A DNA stretch of 61,137 nt, counting the filler. It is 10 parts of 10 records of this genome, joined end to end, with 100 filler letters (N's around TTAATTAATTAA, not from the genome) between each part and the next. Parts side by side here need not be neighbours in the genome. Positions count along the whole stretch, not along the records: positions 29,599 to 36,770 come from SRR31147125_57275; positions 36,871 to 42,095 come from SRR31147125_57291; 8 more parts are not named here. The stretch is one strand, 5' to 3'. The notes beneath the pieces were generated by a model that saw only the letters and a list, made by a program, of their open reading frames with translations, made no database searches and was not told where the DNA came from. The position numbers were made by a program, and so were the translations under genes. Below, in pieces: positions 31,001-39,434 of this stretch; the stretch's first letter is position 1; every line of letters begins with the position of its first letter.

Positions 31001-32347
31001 TTAAGTTAATTGATCTTTCTCAGCCACATCAGCAATACTCATTGTATTTAGCCATAGATTATCAGCTTTTTTAACCCATGTTTCAAGGTCATCGGGATTA
31101 GAAGGATATTCTTTATAATGATTGAATATTTTCTTCCCCATATTTGCTCCTTTAATAAAGTTTTTTAATGTTGAAATTTTAATCTTTCCTACAAGAACAC
31201 CTTTCAATATTTTGGCAAACAAATTTCCTTCTGTTTTTTCATCATCACCTTTAAATATAATACTCTTTTCAAATTCATAATCATTCTCATCCGGAGTACA
31301 AGACACAACAGCAGCTAACATTGAAAGAGTTTGTGCGAATTCAGCACCTTGTATATCATAATAACGCTTATTAATCTGCCACAGAGCTTCTTGTGATATA
31401 TTTCCGCTTTGCAAAGCTTTAACTGCTTCCTCTGCAGCTATCTCGGCGTGCACCCATGCCGCGGTAATTCCTTCACCGTTCCATGGATTTGTAAGGCAGG
31501 TTGCGTCTCCAAGTGCAACAAAACCGTCCCCGACAAAGCTGTAGGGAGGACGTCTGTAGGGGGTGCAGCCTTTTTCGATATACATAACTTTATGTTTAGG
31601 CAGCTTTATTTTGTCTGAAAATCGGTTAAAGCATTTTTCAGCATAATCAAAAGAGAGGTTTGCTCCAACTCCAAATATAACTCCATCAGGGTCATGCTGT
31701 GGAGCTATCCAAGTCTTATAATATGGCCAGCCGCATGATTTTATAGATTGATCGTGCTGGGGATCATCAAGTTTAACATAGTATAAAACCACATAGAATT
31801 TATCCTTTGGACCTATTTCAAAATTTTCTACTCCGTAACCTTCCTGAAGAGATGAACGTACAACGGAAGGGATACCTGATGCGTCAGCAACCAAACGGGA
31901 TGCAATATCAAAGGTTTTCCCTTGATGCTGTATTTTTGCGCCGGAAAGTCTGCTGTTGTCATCAAAAATTGGGGATATAAATTTGGCATTATGAATTACT
32001 GTTACCCCTTTTGATTCTGCCGATGTTTTTAGACGATTCATAAAATCGTGCCTATGAAGAACAACAACTTCGTTGAAAGTGGATTTTGGATATCTGTCTA
32101 GTGCTGAGCGAGAGATTGCATGATTAAATGTGCAGACAAAATCAGAATCGCCCTCTTTTGGTTCATCCATTTTAAACCTTGAAAATGTATCCTTTGCCAA
32201 ATGGAATATATCGTACCTATTACCCAGCTTGGATTCTTCATCTTTTTCTACAACAAGCACACTAAATCCCTGATGCGCCATGCGTTCAGCGAAATATAAT
32301 CCTGCTGAACAGCCGCCAATCACGAGCACGTCATACTTTTGTTTCAT
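31001..32347 (-). CDS. FAD-dependent oxidoreductase, geranylgeranyl-reductase-like
   Basis: YDVLVIGGCSAG Rossmann motif, VADASG, GDA.CL.NP..GEGI. Confidence 0.8.
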   Translation of the reverse strand: MKQKYDVLVIGGCSAGLYFAERMAHQGFSVLVVEKDEESKLGNRYDIFHLAKDTFSRFKMDEPKEGDSDFVCTFNHAISRSALDRYPKSTFNEVVVLHRHDFMNRLKTSAESKGVTVIHNAKFISPIFDDNSRLSGAKIQHQGKTFDIASRLVADASGIPSVVRSSLQEGYGVENFEIGPKDKFYVVLYYVKLDDPQHDQSIKSCGWPYYKTWIAPQHDPDGVIFGVGANLSFDYAEKCFNRFSDKIKLPKHKVMYIEKGCTPYRRPPYSFVGDGFVALGDATCLTNPWNGEGITAAWVHAEIAAEEAVKALQSGNISQEALWQINKRYYDIQGAEFAQTLSMLAAVVSCTPDENDYEFEKSIIFKGDDEKTEGNLFAKILKGVLVGKIKISTLKNFIKGANMGKKIFNHYKEYPSNPDDLETWVKKADNLWLNTMSIADVAEKDQLT

Positions 32348-32379
32348 GTAATCCCTCCCTATTTAATTGTAATACATGG

Positions 32380-32404
32380 ATTTATTCGATAATTATGAAT
32401 AAAT
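32380..32404. promoter_or_regulatory. Palindromic operator in the divergent oxidoreductase/ArsR intergenic region
   Basis: ATTTATTC-gataattat-GAATAAAT. Confidence 0.5.
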
Positions 32405-32528
32405 GATAGCAAAATCGAAGATATTTGTCAATATAAACAAATAATATGGCATTAATTTTGGCAAGATGCATTGATTTGTTCAGAAATTCTGTTATAATAT
32501 GGTCAAACTCTACAGAAGAGGTGTAAAA

Positions 32529-33482
32529 ATGACTAATAAACCATTGATGCAGTTAGGTCTTGACAATATTGAAAAAACTGCACTTGTCTGTAAAGCCCTT
32601 TCGTCCAAATCACGTCTAAAAATTTTGCAGTATATGGGTGAACAGCCAGCAATTATATCTGACCTGTCATCATCACTTGATATACCCCTGTCAACAATGA
32701 CAATGCATGTTCGCCTGCTGGAAAAAGCAGGCCTTATCAAGATTACTCCGCTTCCAGGATCCCGTGGATCACAGAAGCTATGCGGTGTAGTAACAAACGG
32801 AGTAACAGTAGAGATATTGAAAGGTCTTCTGAAGCCCAACTCCACAGAACTTATATACAAGCAGGATGTACCCATAGGAAATTTTTTTAATTATCAGATA
32901 TCTTCTCCCTGCGGAATCGCATCCGACGAGGGTTATATTGCAAGCATTGATGATACGGACGGCTTTTCAGCACCGGAAAGGTTTTCTGCCCAGATAATAT
33001 GGTTTACACAAGGATATCTTGAATACCGGTTTTCCACCAAAGCTTTCAGGATGACAGATTATCAGGTAGAGCGCGTAGAGTTTATACTAGAAATCTGCTC
33101 TGAAATCGTTGGTTATAATGAAAACTGGCGATCCGATGTTAGCTTGTGGATAAATGATACAGAAATCGGAATTATAGAATGCTTTGGAGACCACGGCGAA
33201 CGAAGAGGGAGACTTAATCCCGGCTGGTGGCCGGAAAACGCCACTCAATTTGGTGAGCTCCATCACATTGCAATTACTGAAAAGGGATGTATAATTGACT
33301 CTCATCTTGTCAGCAGCGATACTCTTTTATCACTTTTGATAAAAGATGAAAATGATATACGTTTTCGCATAGGGGTAAATCCTGATGCAAGATATCTAGG
33401 AGGGTTAAATCTTTTTGGTGAGAAATTCGGAGATTATGACCATGGTATATTAATGCAGGTATATGGAAAGTGTATTGAGTAA
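32529..33482 (+). CDS. ArsR-family HTH regulator with large C-terminal effector domain (COG4189-like)
   Basis: ALSSKSRL.IL...LDIP.ST...H...LE.AGLI; PG.RGSQK.C; RG.LNP.WW; GGLNLFG..FGDY; GAGGTG RBS. Confidence 0.85.
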   Translation: MTNKPLMQLGLDNIEKTALVCKALSSKSRLKILQYMGEQPAIISDLSSSLDIPLSTMTMHVRLLEKAGLIKITPLPGSRGSQKLCGVVTNGVTVEILKGLLKPNSTELIYKQDVPIGNFFNYQISSPCGIASDEGYIASIDDTDGFSAPERFSAQIIWFTQGYLEYRFSTKAFRMTDYQVERVEFILEICSEIVGYNENWRSDVSLWINDTEIGIIECFGDHGERRGRLNPGWWPENATQFGELHHIAITEKGCIIDSHLVSSDTLLSLLIKDENDIRFRIGVNPDARYLGGLNLFGEKFGDYDHGILMQVYGKCIE

Positions 33483-33563
33483 AGAGAAACTATAAAGGAA
33501 GATTAGTAATTTTATTTTAAGTACTTTTGAATGACATCTTGGGATTGTATTATAGGCATCAAA

Positions 33564-33588
33564 ATGGGGCAAAAATAATTTGCCCCAT
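33564..33588. terminator. Hairpin between convergent genes (bidirectional terminator)
   Basis: atggggcaaa-N5-tttgccccat. Confidence 0.65.
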
Positions 33589-33633
33589 ATTAAATAGTAA
33601 ACCTTAAGTAAAAGGGAGGTATTGCCCAGTGTA

Positions 33634-35001
33634 TCAGATTATATGTTTTTTCAATTTTCTGAATTCAAGATTTACTAAAATGAAAACAATTAGGATAATA
33701 GTCACATCAATAAGCATTGAGCCTAAATACACCCAACGCATACCAAAAAGTCTTGGTAGAATAAGCATAACCGGAACATAGAAAACTAACTGCCTTGCTA
33801 TACCCAGCATAGTTGCAGGCTTTGAGTTGTTTATTGCCGGGAAGAAAGTCATTGCCATAAACATGATTGGCAGTACCGGTAACACAGCTACGAATATCCT
33901 GAAATTATTTAGGGCGAATGCTGTAAATATTCTGTCAGGCAGCATAGTTGATAGCGCAAGCTGGGGTGAAATCATCATAAATATCCAGAATGGTGCAATT
34001 AATATCGTGCTGGCTGCTGCAAAGATTCCAAAGCCTTTTATTACACGGTTATTTTGCTCTGCACCGAAGTTGATGCCCACTACAGGTTGGAATGCACGCA
34101 TTAGTCCGAATATAGGAGTCATCATCAGCGTGAATATTCTGTAGACTGCGCCGTAAAAGGCTATATCGCTTTGGGTTCCGTATTTGGAAATAGCGTTAAA
34201 GACGATAATTGCCTGAATAAAGCTCATTACTGACATAATAAGTGATGGCATACCCATAGAGATAATTGATTTTAATATCTTCTTATCTCTTGAAAAAGCA
34301 AAAGGTTTTGCTTCGAAAGTTGATTTGCCGCTCTTAAAGTATAGTAATCCAAGAATAGTGTAGATTAGCATACCCAAGTTTGTTCCCCATGCTGCACCGG
34401 CAACACCCATGCCTAATAATTTAATGAAAATGTAGTTTGCAATAACATTCACTATTAAGCCGGCAGCCATCATACCGGCGGCTTTTTTCATTCTGCCTTC
34501 TGCTCTTATAACCATGTTTCCTGCTAAGCCATGAATCCAGAATATTGTACCAATAACAGTAATTCTGAAATATTGCACTCCTAATGCAAGGGCTTCATCG
34601 TATCCGCCCATTGATTTTACCAGTGGCTCTGCCAAGAACCATGCTAAAATCATATATACAACTGAAATAATAATTGTTAATATATTGACGTTAGGCAGTA
34701 TCTTACGTTGAGTATCTTTATCATCTGCGCCTAATGCGATACTCAATGCGGAGCCTGCACCGACGCCAATAAGTGAACCCAGTCCTAAAGTCAACTGGGA
34801 AAGGGGATATGCAAGAGATACTCCTGCAAGGGCCGTTTCGCCTACAAATTGTCCTACAAACACTGCGTCAAACACGGTGTTAAGCCCGTATAACACCATT
34901 GCAATCACGGCAGGCCATGATAATTTAACCATAACTTTCCATAAGTTATCGTTTAAAATCATCTGTTTTTCTCTGTTTTTGTCATTTACTTGTTCTGTCA
35001 T
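33634..35001 (-). CDS. MATE family efflux transporter
   Basis: PA..AM....L.TVFD..FVG, ALAGV, RAEG, GV.GAAWGT, QPVVG.NFGA. Confidence 0.93.
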   Translation of the reverse strand: MTEQVNDKNREKQMILNDNLWKVMVKLSWPAVIAMVLYGLNTVFDAVFVGQFVGETALAGVSLAYPLSQLTLGLGSLIGVGAGSALSIALGADDKDTQRKILPNVNILTIIISVVYMILAWFLAEPLVKSMGGYDEALALGVQYFRITVIGTIFWIHGLAGNMVIRAEGRMKKAAGMMAAGLIVNVIANYIFIKLLGMGVAGAAWGTNLGMLIYTILGLLYFKSGKSTFEAKPFAFSRDKKILKSIISMGMPSLIMSVMSFIQAIIVFNAISKYGTQSDIAFYGAVYRIFTLMMTPIFGLMRAFQPVVGINFGAEQNNRVIKGFGIFAAASTILIAPFWIFMMISPQLALSTMLPDRIFTAFALNNFRIFVAVLPVLPIMFMAMTFFPAINNSKPATMLGIARQLVFYVPVMLILPRLFGMRWVYLGSMLIDVTIILIVFILVNLEFRKLKKHII

Positions 35002-35052
35002 TTTTTGTTTTACCTCTATATATTATTTTATTTTGTTAAAAATCAAAAGTTA

Positions 35053-36057
35053 TTACAAATTAATATAATTTTGACGTATTTCCTTGGGATTAAGTCCATA
35101 TTTTTGACGGAATGCCTTTGCGAATTTACTTGGGTTTGAATACCCTACTTCGTTTGCGATTTCAGCTATTGTAAGTTCACGGTTATACAATATCTTTTTG
35201 GAATATTCCAGACGTTTTTCCCTTAAAAAGCCGTAAATTGTTGTGTTATATGCAGCTTTGAAATCCTTTTTTAGTTTAGTAGGATTTATACCGATTCTCT
35301 TGGACAATTCTTCAATAGAAGGAGGCTTTGACATATTTGCGATAAGTATGCCCTTTGCCATTTCCAGCCTTTCATATATATAATCATTTAGACTTGTATT
35401 ATCCATTTGGCTTTGTGAAGGTATGTTTATTATCTCATTCAGCTTAAGGGCGATGAATTCATGAGCTTTGGCATATAGGTACATAAGCCTTGCTTCTTTT
35501 TGTATTTTGCAGGTGATGATTTCCTTTATTAGCCTTGTTTCTGCCCCGGTAACCTGCTTACCCAAACAAAGCTCACTAATTTTTTCTCTATCAAGCTGAT
35601 TCCAACTGCATTTTTTTCCATTAGAATATTTATTAACCAGATTTATAACGTAATCTTTATTGGTCATTATAGAAATACTTTGACAATTCACATTTTTAGG
35701 ATAATAGGCACGTCCGATGATATTTTTAGCAAACAGAGACACTGTTCCGCTGGCTATATCGACCTTAATTTTCTCATCCTGAATGTAGTTTGTACACTTT
35801 CCCTTGATACAGCAGCTGATTTCAAAAAGATCCGAGGGCATATCATAGCAAAGATACTCATCTCTATAAAGAAGAATATTAATTATCCACATCTCTACGT
35901 CCTCGCATAGAATGATTCGTTCCATATATCCTTTGCCGAAATTCTTGTTGATGCTATATTTAAATACCAAATTATTATAGCTGCTTTTCAGAACCAGACT
36001 TTCAAGAAAATGAGCAGCTATATCATCAGGTGAACTGATAACATTACGTTTAACCAT
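35053..36057 (-). CDS. AraC-family regulator (PchR-like)
   Basis: PPSIEELS...G.N..KLK..FK..Y.TTI, IA..VGYSNPSKFA.AFR..YG. Confidence 0.9.
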   Translation of the reverse strand: MVKRNVISSPDDIAAHFLESLVLKSSYNNLVFKYSINKNFGKGYMERIILCEDVEMWIINILLYRDEYLCYDMPSDLFEISCCIKGKCTNYIQDEKIKVDIASGTVSLFAKNIIGRAYYPKNVNCQSISIMTNKDYVINLVNKYSNGKKCSWNQLDREKISELCLGKQVTGAETRLIKEIITCKIQKEARLMYLYAKAHEFIALKLNEIINIPSQSQMDNTSLNDYIYERLEMAKGILIANMSKPPSIEELSKRIGINPTKLKKDFKAAYNTTIYGFLREKRLEYSKKILYNRELTIAEIANEVGYSNPSKFAKAFRQKYGLNPKEIRQNYINL

Positions 36058-36244
36058 ATTTTCATCTATTCCTTTCTAAGCCATAAAAGGCATAAAAAAT
36101 ATTTTATCAATTTTACCCTAATATCCCTTGTGGTTTGGTCTGAAATTTTTTCAGACTTATTCCGTGTATGATGTGATTGCGAATAAATTCGCAATATTTC
36201 ACATAACAGCTTTTAATTCATTTTGTCAGAAATGAAATCCCGTT

Positions 36245-36403
36245 GTTAGCTGATGCTAACTATATTTCATATATTCTAATATGGAAACGAGTATATGTCC
36301 ACCCCTAAAAGACTTTTTTTAAGCCCTTAAAGATTTTTAAGCCCGTTTTGCATTGATTATTAATTAGTAATATAATAATATCATTTAGTTAGCAGCTGCT
36401 AAC
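36245..36403 (+). promoter_or_regulatory. feoA promoter with two GTTAGC-N4-GCTAAC operators and direct repeats
   Basis: Palindromes at 36245-36260 and 36388-36403; TTGCAT(36348)-N17-TATAAT(36371); TTTTTAAGCCC twice, 18 bp apart, abutting the -35. Confidence 0.7.
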
Positions 36404-36427
36404 AATAAATGGAGGAAAGGTGATTTT

Positions 36428-36655
36428 ATGAATGAATTGACAAGCGTTAAAAAGAATCAGACTTGCACTGTTTCTAAGGTTACAGGTAATGAAAGATTCT
36501 TGAGCAGAATTATGTCTATGGGGCTTGTAGTTGGAACACAAATTAGTATTATTCAAAACGTTAAAGGGATGCCTCTTTTAATAAGAGCAATGGATACAGA
36601 GATAGCATTAAATAAAGGCGAAGCCTCAAAAATTATGGTGGAGGTGAGTGATTGA
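36428..36655 (+). CDS. feoA: Ferrous iron transport protein A
   Basis: R...MGL..GT.I, IAL...EA.KI.V; directly before feoB. Confidence 0.9.
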   Translation: MNELTSVKKNQTCTVSKVTGNERFLSRIMSMGLVVGTQISIIQNVKGMPLLIRAMDTEIALNKGEASKIMVEVSD

Positions 36656-36770
36656 TGAGTGATGTGAATATTTTAAAGAATATTGCATTGGCGGGGCAGC
36701 CTAATACGGGCAAGTCGTCATTGTTTAATAAATTGACAGGCTTAAACCAGCATGTAGGCAACTGGCCTTA
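36655..36770 (+). CDS. feoB: Ferrous iron transport protein B, N-terminus (truncated)
   Basis: [29 protein letters not shown]ase G1/G2 motifs. Confidence 0.93.
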
Positions 36771-36870
36771 NNNNNNNNNNNNNNNNNNNNNNNNNNNNNN
36801 NNNNNNNNNNNNNNTTAATTAATTAANNNNNNNNNNNNNNNNNNNNNNNNNNNNNNNNNNNNNNNNNNNN
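36771..36870. other. Artificial contig spacer
   Basis: N44-TTAATTAATTAA-N44. Confidence 0.99.
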
Positions 36871-37066
36871 TTGAGCGCTAATTAAATTTTTTCAGAGGGT
36901 CACAGCCGTTTGGCGTGTCTCGCTCTTCACTATACTAATGGCCGCATCTCAAAAACCGTCCCAAAAAATATAATAAAAAAAGACTCATTGCTGCTATTTT
37001 GCTATAAGTCTTTTAATTTCAGTATAATAGTAAATTATTTAAATTTATTATTTATTTGGTACCGGC

Positions 37067-38170
37067 TTATAAATTAGCCAGTCTTTGCTGTTTATCATAA
37101 TCGATGAGTGCTTTAATCATCTGGTCGATGTCTCCGACCATGAACTTATCCAGCGAATACATTGACAGGTTAATGCGGTGGTCTGTTACCCGGTTCTGTG
37201 GGAAGTTATAGGTCCTTACCCTTTGTGACCGGTCGCCTGAACCAATCATATCTTTTCTGGCATCTGCACGTTCGGCGTTCTTTTCGTGCATGAATTTCTC
37301 GTAAACACGACTTTTCAGGATACGCCAGGCTTTAGCACGATTCTTATGCTGGCTTTTCTCATCCTGCATACTAACGGTAATACCAGTTGGTACATGTTCG
37401 AGCTTGATAGCTGAGTTTGTTTTATTAACGCTCTGTCCGCCAGGTCCGCTGGATCGGGCAACGTGTTCCAGTACATCTTCTTTTTTTATGTCAATTTCAA
37501 CGTCTTCCGGTTCTGGCAGAACCGCAACAGTAGCAGCAGAAGTATGAATTCTACCCTGAGATTCCGTTTCAGGTACGCGCTGTACGCGATGTCCGCCGCC
37601 TTCATAGCCGAGGGCCGCCCAAACCCCGTCACCTTTTATACCAAATATGACTTCTTTATAACCGCCCATCGGAGAAGAAGAGAACTCCATATCTTCAACT
37701 TTCCAGCCTTGTTTCTCACAATAATATTTATACATAGTGTATAAATTGCCTGCAAACAGTGCAGCTTCATCTCCACCTGTACCTGCCCGTATTTCAACGA
37801 TAACAGAACTAATGGAAGTGTCATCACTCATAACCAGGGTCTCTTTGATGCTTTCAATACTATTTGATAACAGCCCACAAAGTTCGTCAGCTTCTTCACG
37901 GGCCATGTCCCGCATTTCAGCGTCCATTTCCTTATCGTCAGCCATCTCAACCGCTTCTTCATACTGCTGGTGAAGAGTTTTGAAAGCGAGGTAGTTTTCT
38001 ACCATAGGTCGCATCTTGCCATGCTCTTTAGCCAGCCTCGTTATCTCAGTTGGTTTACCAGCTATGGCAGGGTCATTCATTTCGCTTTCGATTTTGCTGA
38101 ACTGTTTTGATACTTCAGCAAGTTTCTCCAGGATTTTTTCGTCGGTAAGTGTTAATTCAAACGTTGCCAT
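37067..38170 (-). CDS. prfA: Peptide chain release factor 1
   Basis: GGQ motif; PET (PxT) codon-recognition tripeptide; EIRAGTGGDEA; RTYNFPQNR.TDHR. Confidence 0.97.
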   Translation of the reverse strand: MATFELTLTDEKILEKLAEVSKQFSKIESEMNDPAIAGKPTEITRLAKEHGKMRPMVENYLAFKTLHQQYEEAVEMADDKEMDAEMRDMAREEADELCGLLSNSIESIKETLVMSDDTSISSVIVEIRAGTGGDEAALFAGNLYTMYKYYCEKQGWKVEDMEFSSSPMGGYKEVIFGIKGDGVWAALGYEGGGHRVQRVPETESQGRIHTSAATVAVLPEPEDVEIDIKKEDVLEHVARSSGPGGQSVNKTNSAIKLEHVPTGITVSMQDEKSQHKNRAKAWRILKSRVYEKFMHEKNAERADARKDMIGSGDRSQRVRTYNFPQNRVTDHRINLSMYSLDKFMVGDIDQMIKALIDYDKQQRLANL

Positions 38171-38213
38171 AAGGTTTTATCTCTAAAGTAGTTAGATTGT
38201 ATTATAATTAGAG

Positions 38214-38391
38214 TTCAGCACAAAGATAGTTGACAGATATAATTGCATTAAAAAACGCTGGATAATTACTGTTTAAGCCCTTATAAGCGAAATGGTAAAA
38301 CCAGTCCGCAAGGGAGTATCGGCATATATAACATGCCGACAGTAATGATCCAGCGTTTTAGAAAGATCGGAACAGCTATTTTTTGGTGAAA
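38214..38391. ncRNA. Candidate structured RNA of about 180 nt between prfA and rpmE (6S-like architecture)
   Basis: 21-bp inner inverted repeat with one mismatch, two apical hairpins, asymmetric bubble and outer G-U stem. Confidence 0.35.
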
Positions 38392-38591
38392 TAGTTTCCG
38401 CCAAATTTCTTTTTGAACTTGTCGATACGACCTGCAGTGTCAACAAACTTCTGCTTGCCTGTATAGAACGGATGGCATGCAGAGCAAATTTCGACGTTGA
38501 GCTCAGAAACGGTAGCACGAGTAGTAAACTCATTACCGCAACCGCACCTAGCTTTGCACTCTACGTAGTCAGGATGAATGCCTTGTTTCAC
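38376..38591 (-). CDS. rpmE: 50S ribosomal protein L31 (Zn-binding type)
   Basis: [25 protein letters not shown]. Confidence 0.97.
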   Translation of the reverse strand: MKQGIHPDYVECKARCGCGNEFTTRATVSELNVEICSACHPFYTGKQKFVDTAGRIDKFKKKFGGNYFTKK

Positions 38592-38946
38592 TTTATTGTC
38601 TCCGCTTATAAAGGTTAAAATAATTCAAATTATTAAGAATTCCAAATTATATAGTAAAAAACACAAATGTAAAGGGTTTTTTAGCTAAAACCACTGATTT
38701 CAGGTTATCAGACCTTGGGTAGTCATTTATCTCAAGGTATTTATGTGAATTCGGGAAGAGTATAAGTTTTGTAAACTATATATCATGTTTTATTGGAGTG
38801 AAGCGGGTTGTGAGTCGAAATATAGTCTAAAAGATAGCGCATTTTGACTATTGTTATGTTATAATACCGAATTCTTAAATGGATAAGTATATAATAAATG
38901 ACCAGTAGTATTGATATAAGATATTGTATCGAAAGGACTTATTGAA

Positions 38947-39345
38947 ATGTTTGAGGATTTTATCCTGGCTGACGGAGTACCTCCTAAGATTGAACAAGAA
39001 ACTGTTGATAGTGTAACAGTTGATAAAGGTGATGGCGGTGACGACGGCGGTGCCGGCGGAAACGGCGGTGGCGTTGGAAGTTTAATGGATATGTTACCTT
39101 TTTTGCTGCTGTTGGCGGGTTTGTTTATTTTTATGACGATGGGCAGCCGTAAAAAAGATAAAGAACGCAAGCAGATGCTAGGCGATATGAAGAAAAACGA
39201 CAAAGTGCGAACTATAGGCGGTATTGTAGGTACAGTTGTTGAAGTTCGTGATAAAGAAATACTAGTAAAGATAGATGAATCTAATAATACTCGCGTAAAG
39301 TTTGTTAGAGAGGCGATAGCCGAAATTCTAAAAGAAAAGAATTAG
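38947..39345 (+). CDS. yajC: Preprotein translocase subunit YajC
   Basis: Single TM segment then KK.DKV.TIGGI.GTV; upstream of secDF. Confidence 0.92.
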   Translation: MFEDFILADGVPPKIEQETVDSVTVDKGDGGDDGGAGGNGGGVGSLMDMLPFLLLLAGLFIFMTMGSRKKDKERKQMLGDMKKNDKVRTIGGIVGTVVEVRDKEILVKIDESNNTRVKFVREAIAEILKEKN

Positions 39346-39434
39346 TATAGAGCCGTTTCGGCTTTTAGTTTTAGTATAGAAGATAAGCACCTGTATCACG
39401 CTCGAACGGGCAATCTCAATTGACAAGGGCATAT

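Noticed and set aside
38273..38320. Pistol-ribozyme-like TTAAGCCC..TAAGCG and SRP-like GTCCGCAAGGGAG strings
   Set aside because: The pistol P1/pseudoknot partner and the SRP CAGG/AGCAG internal loop are missing; these are chance similarities within the larger structured element.
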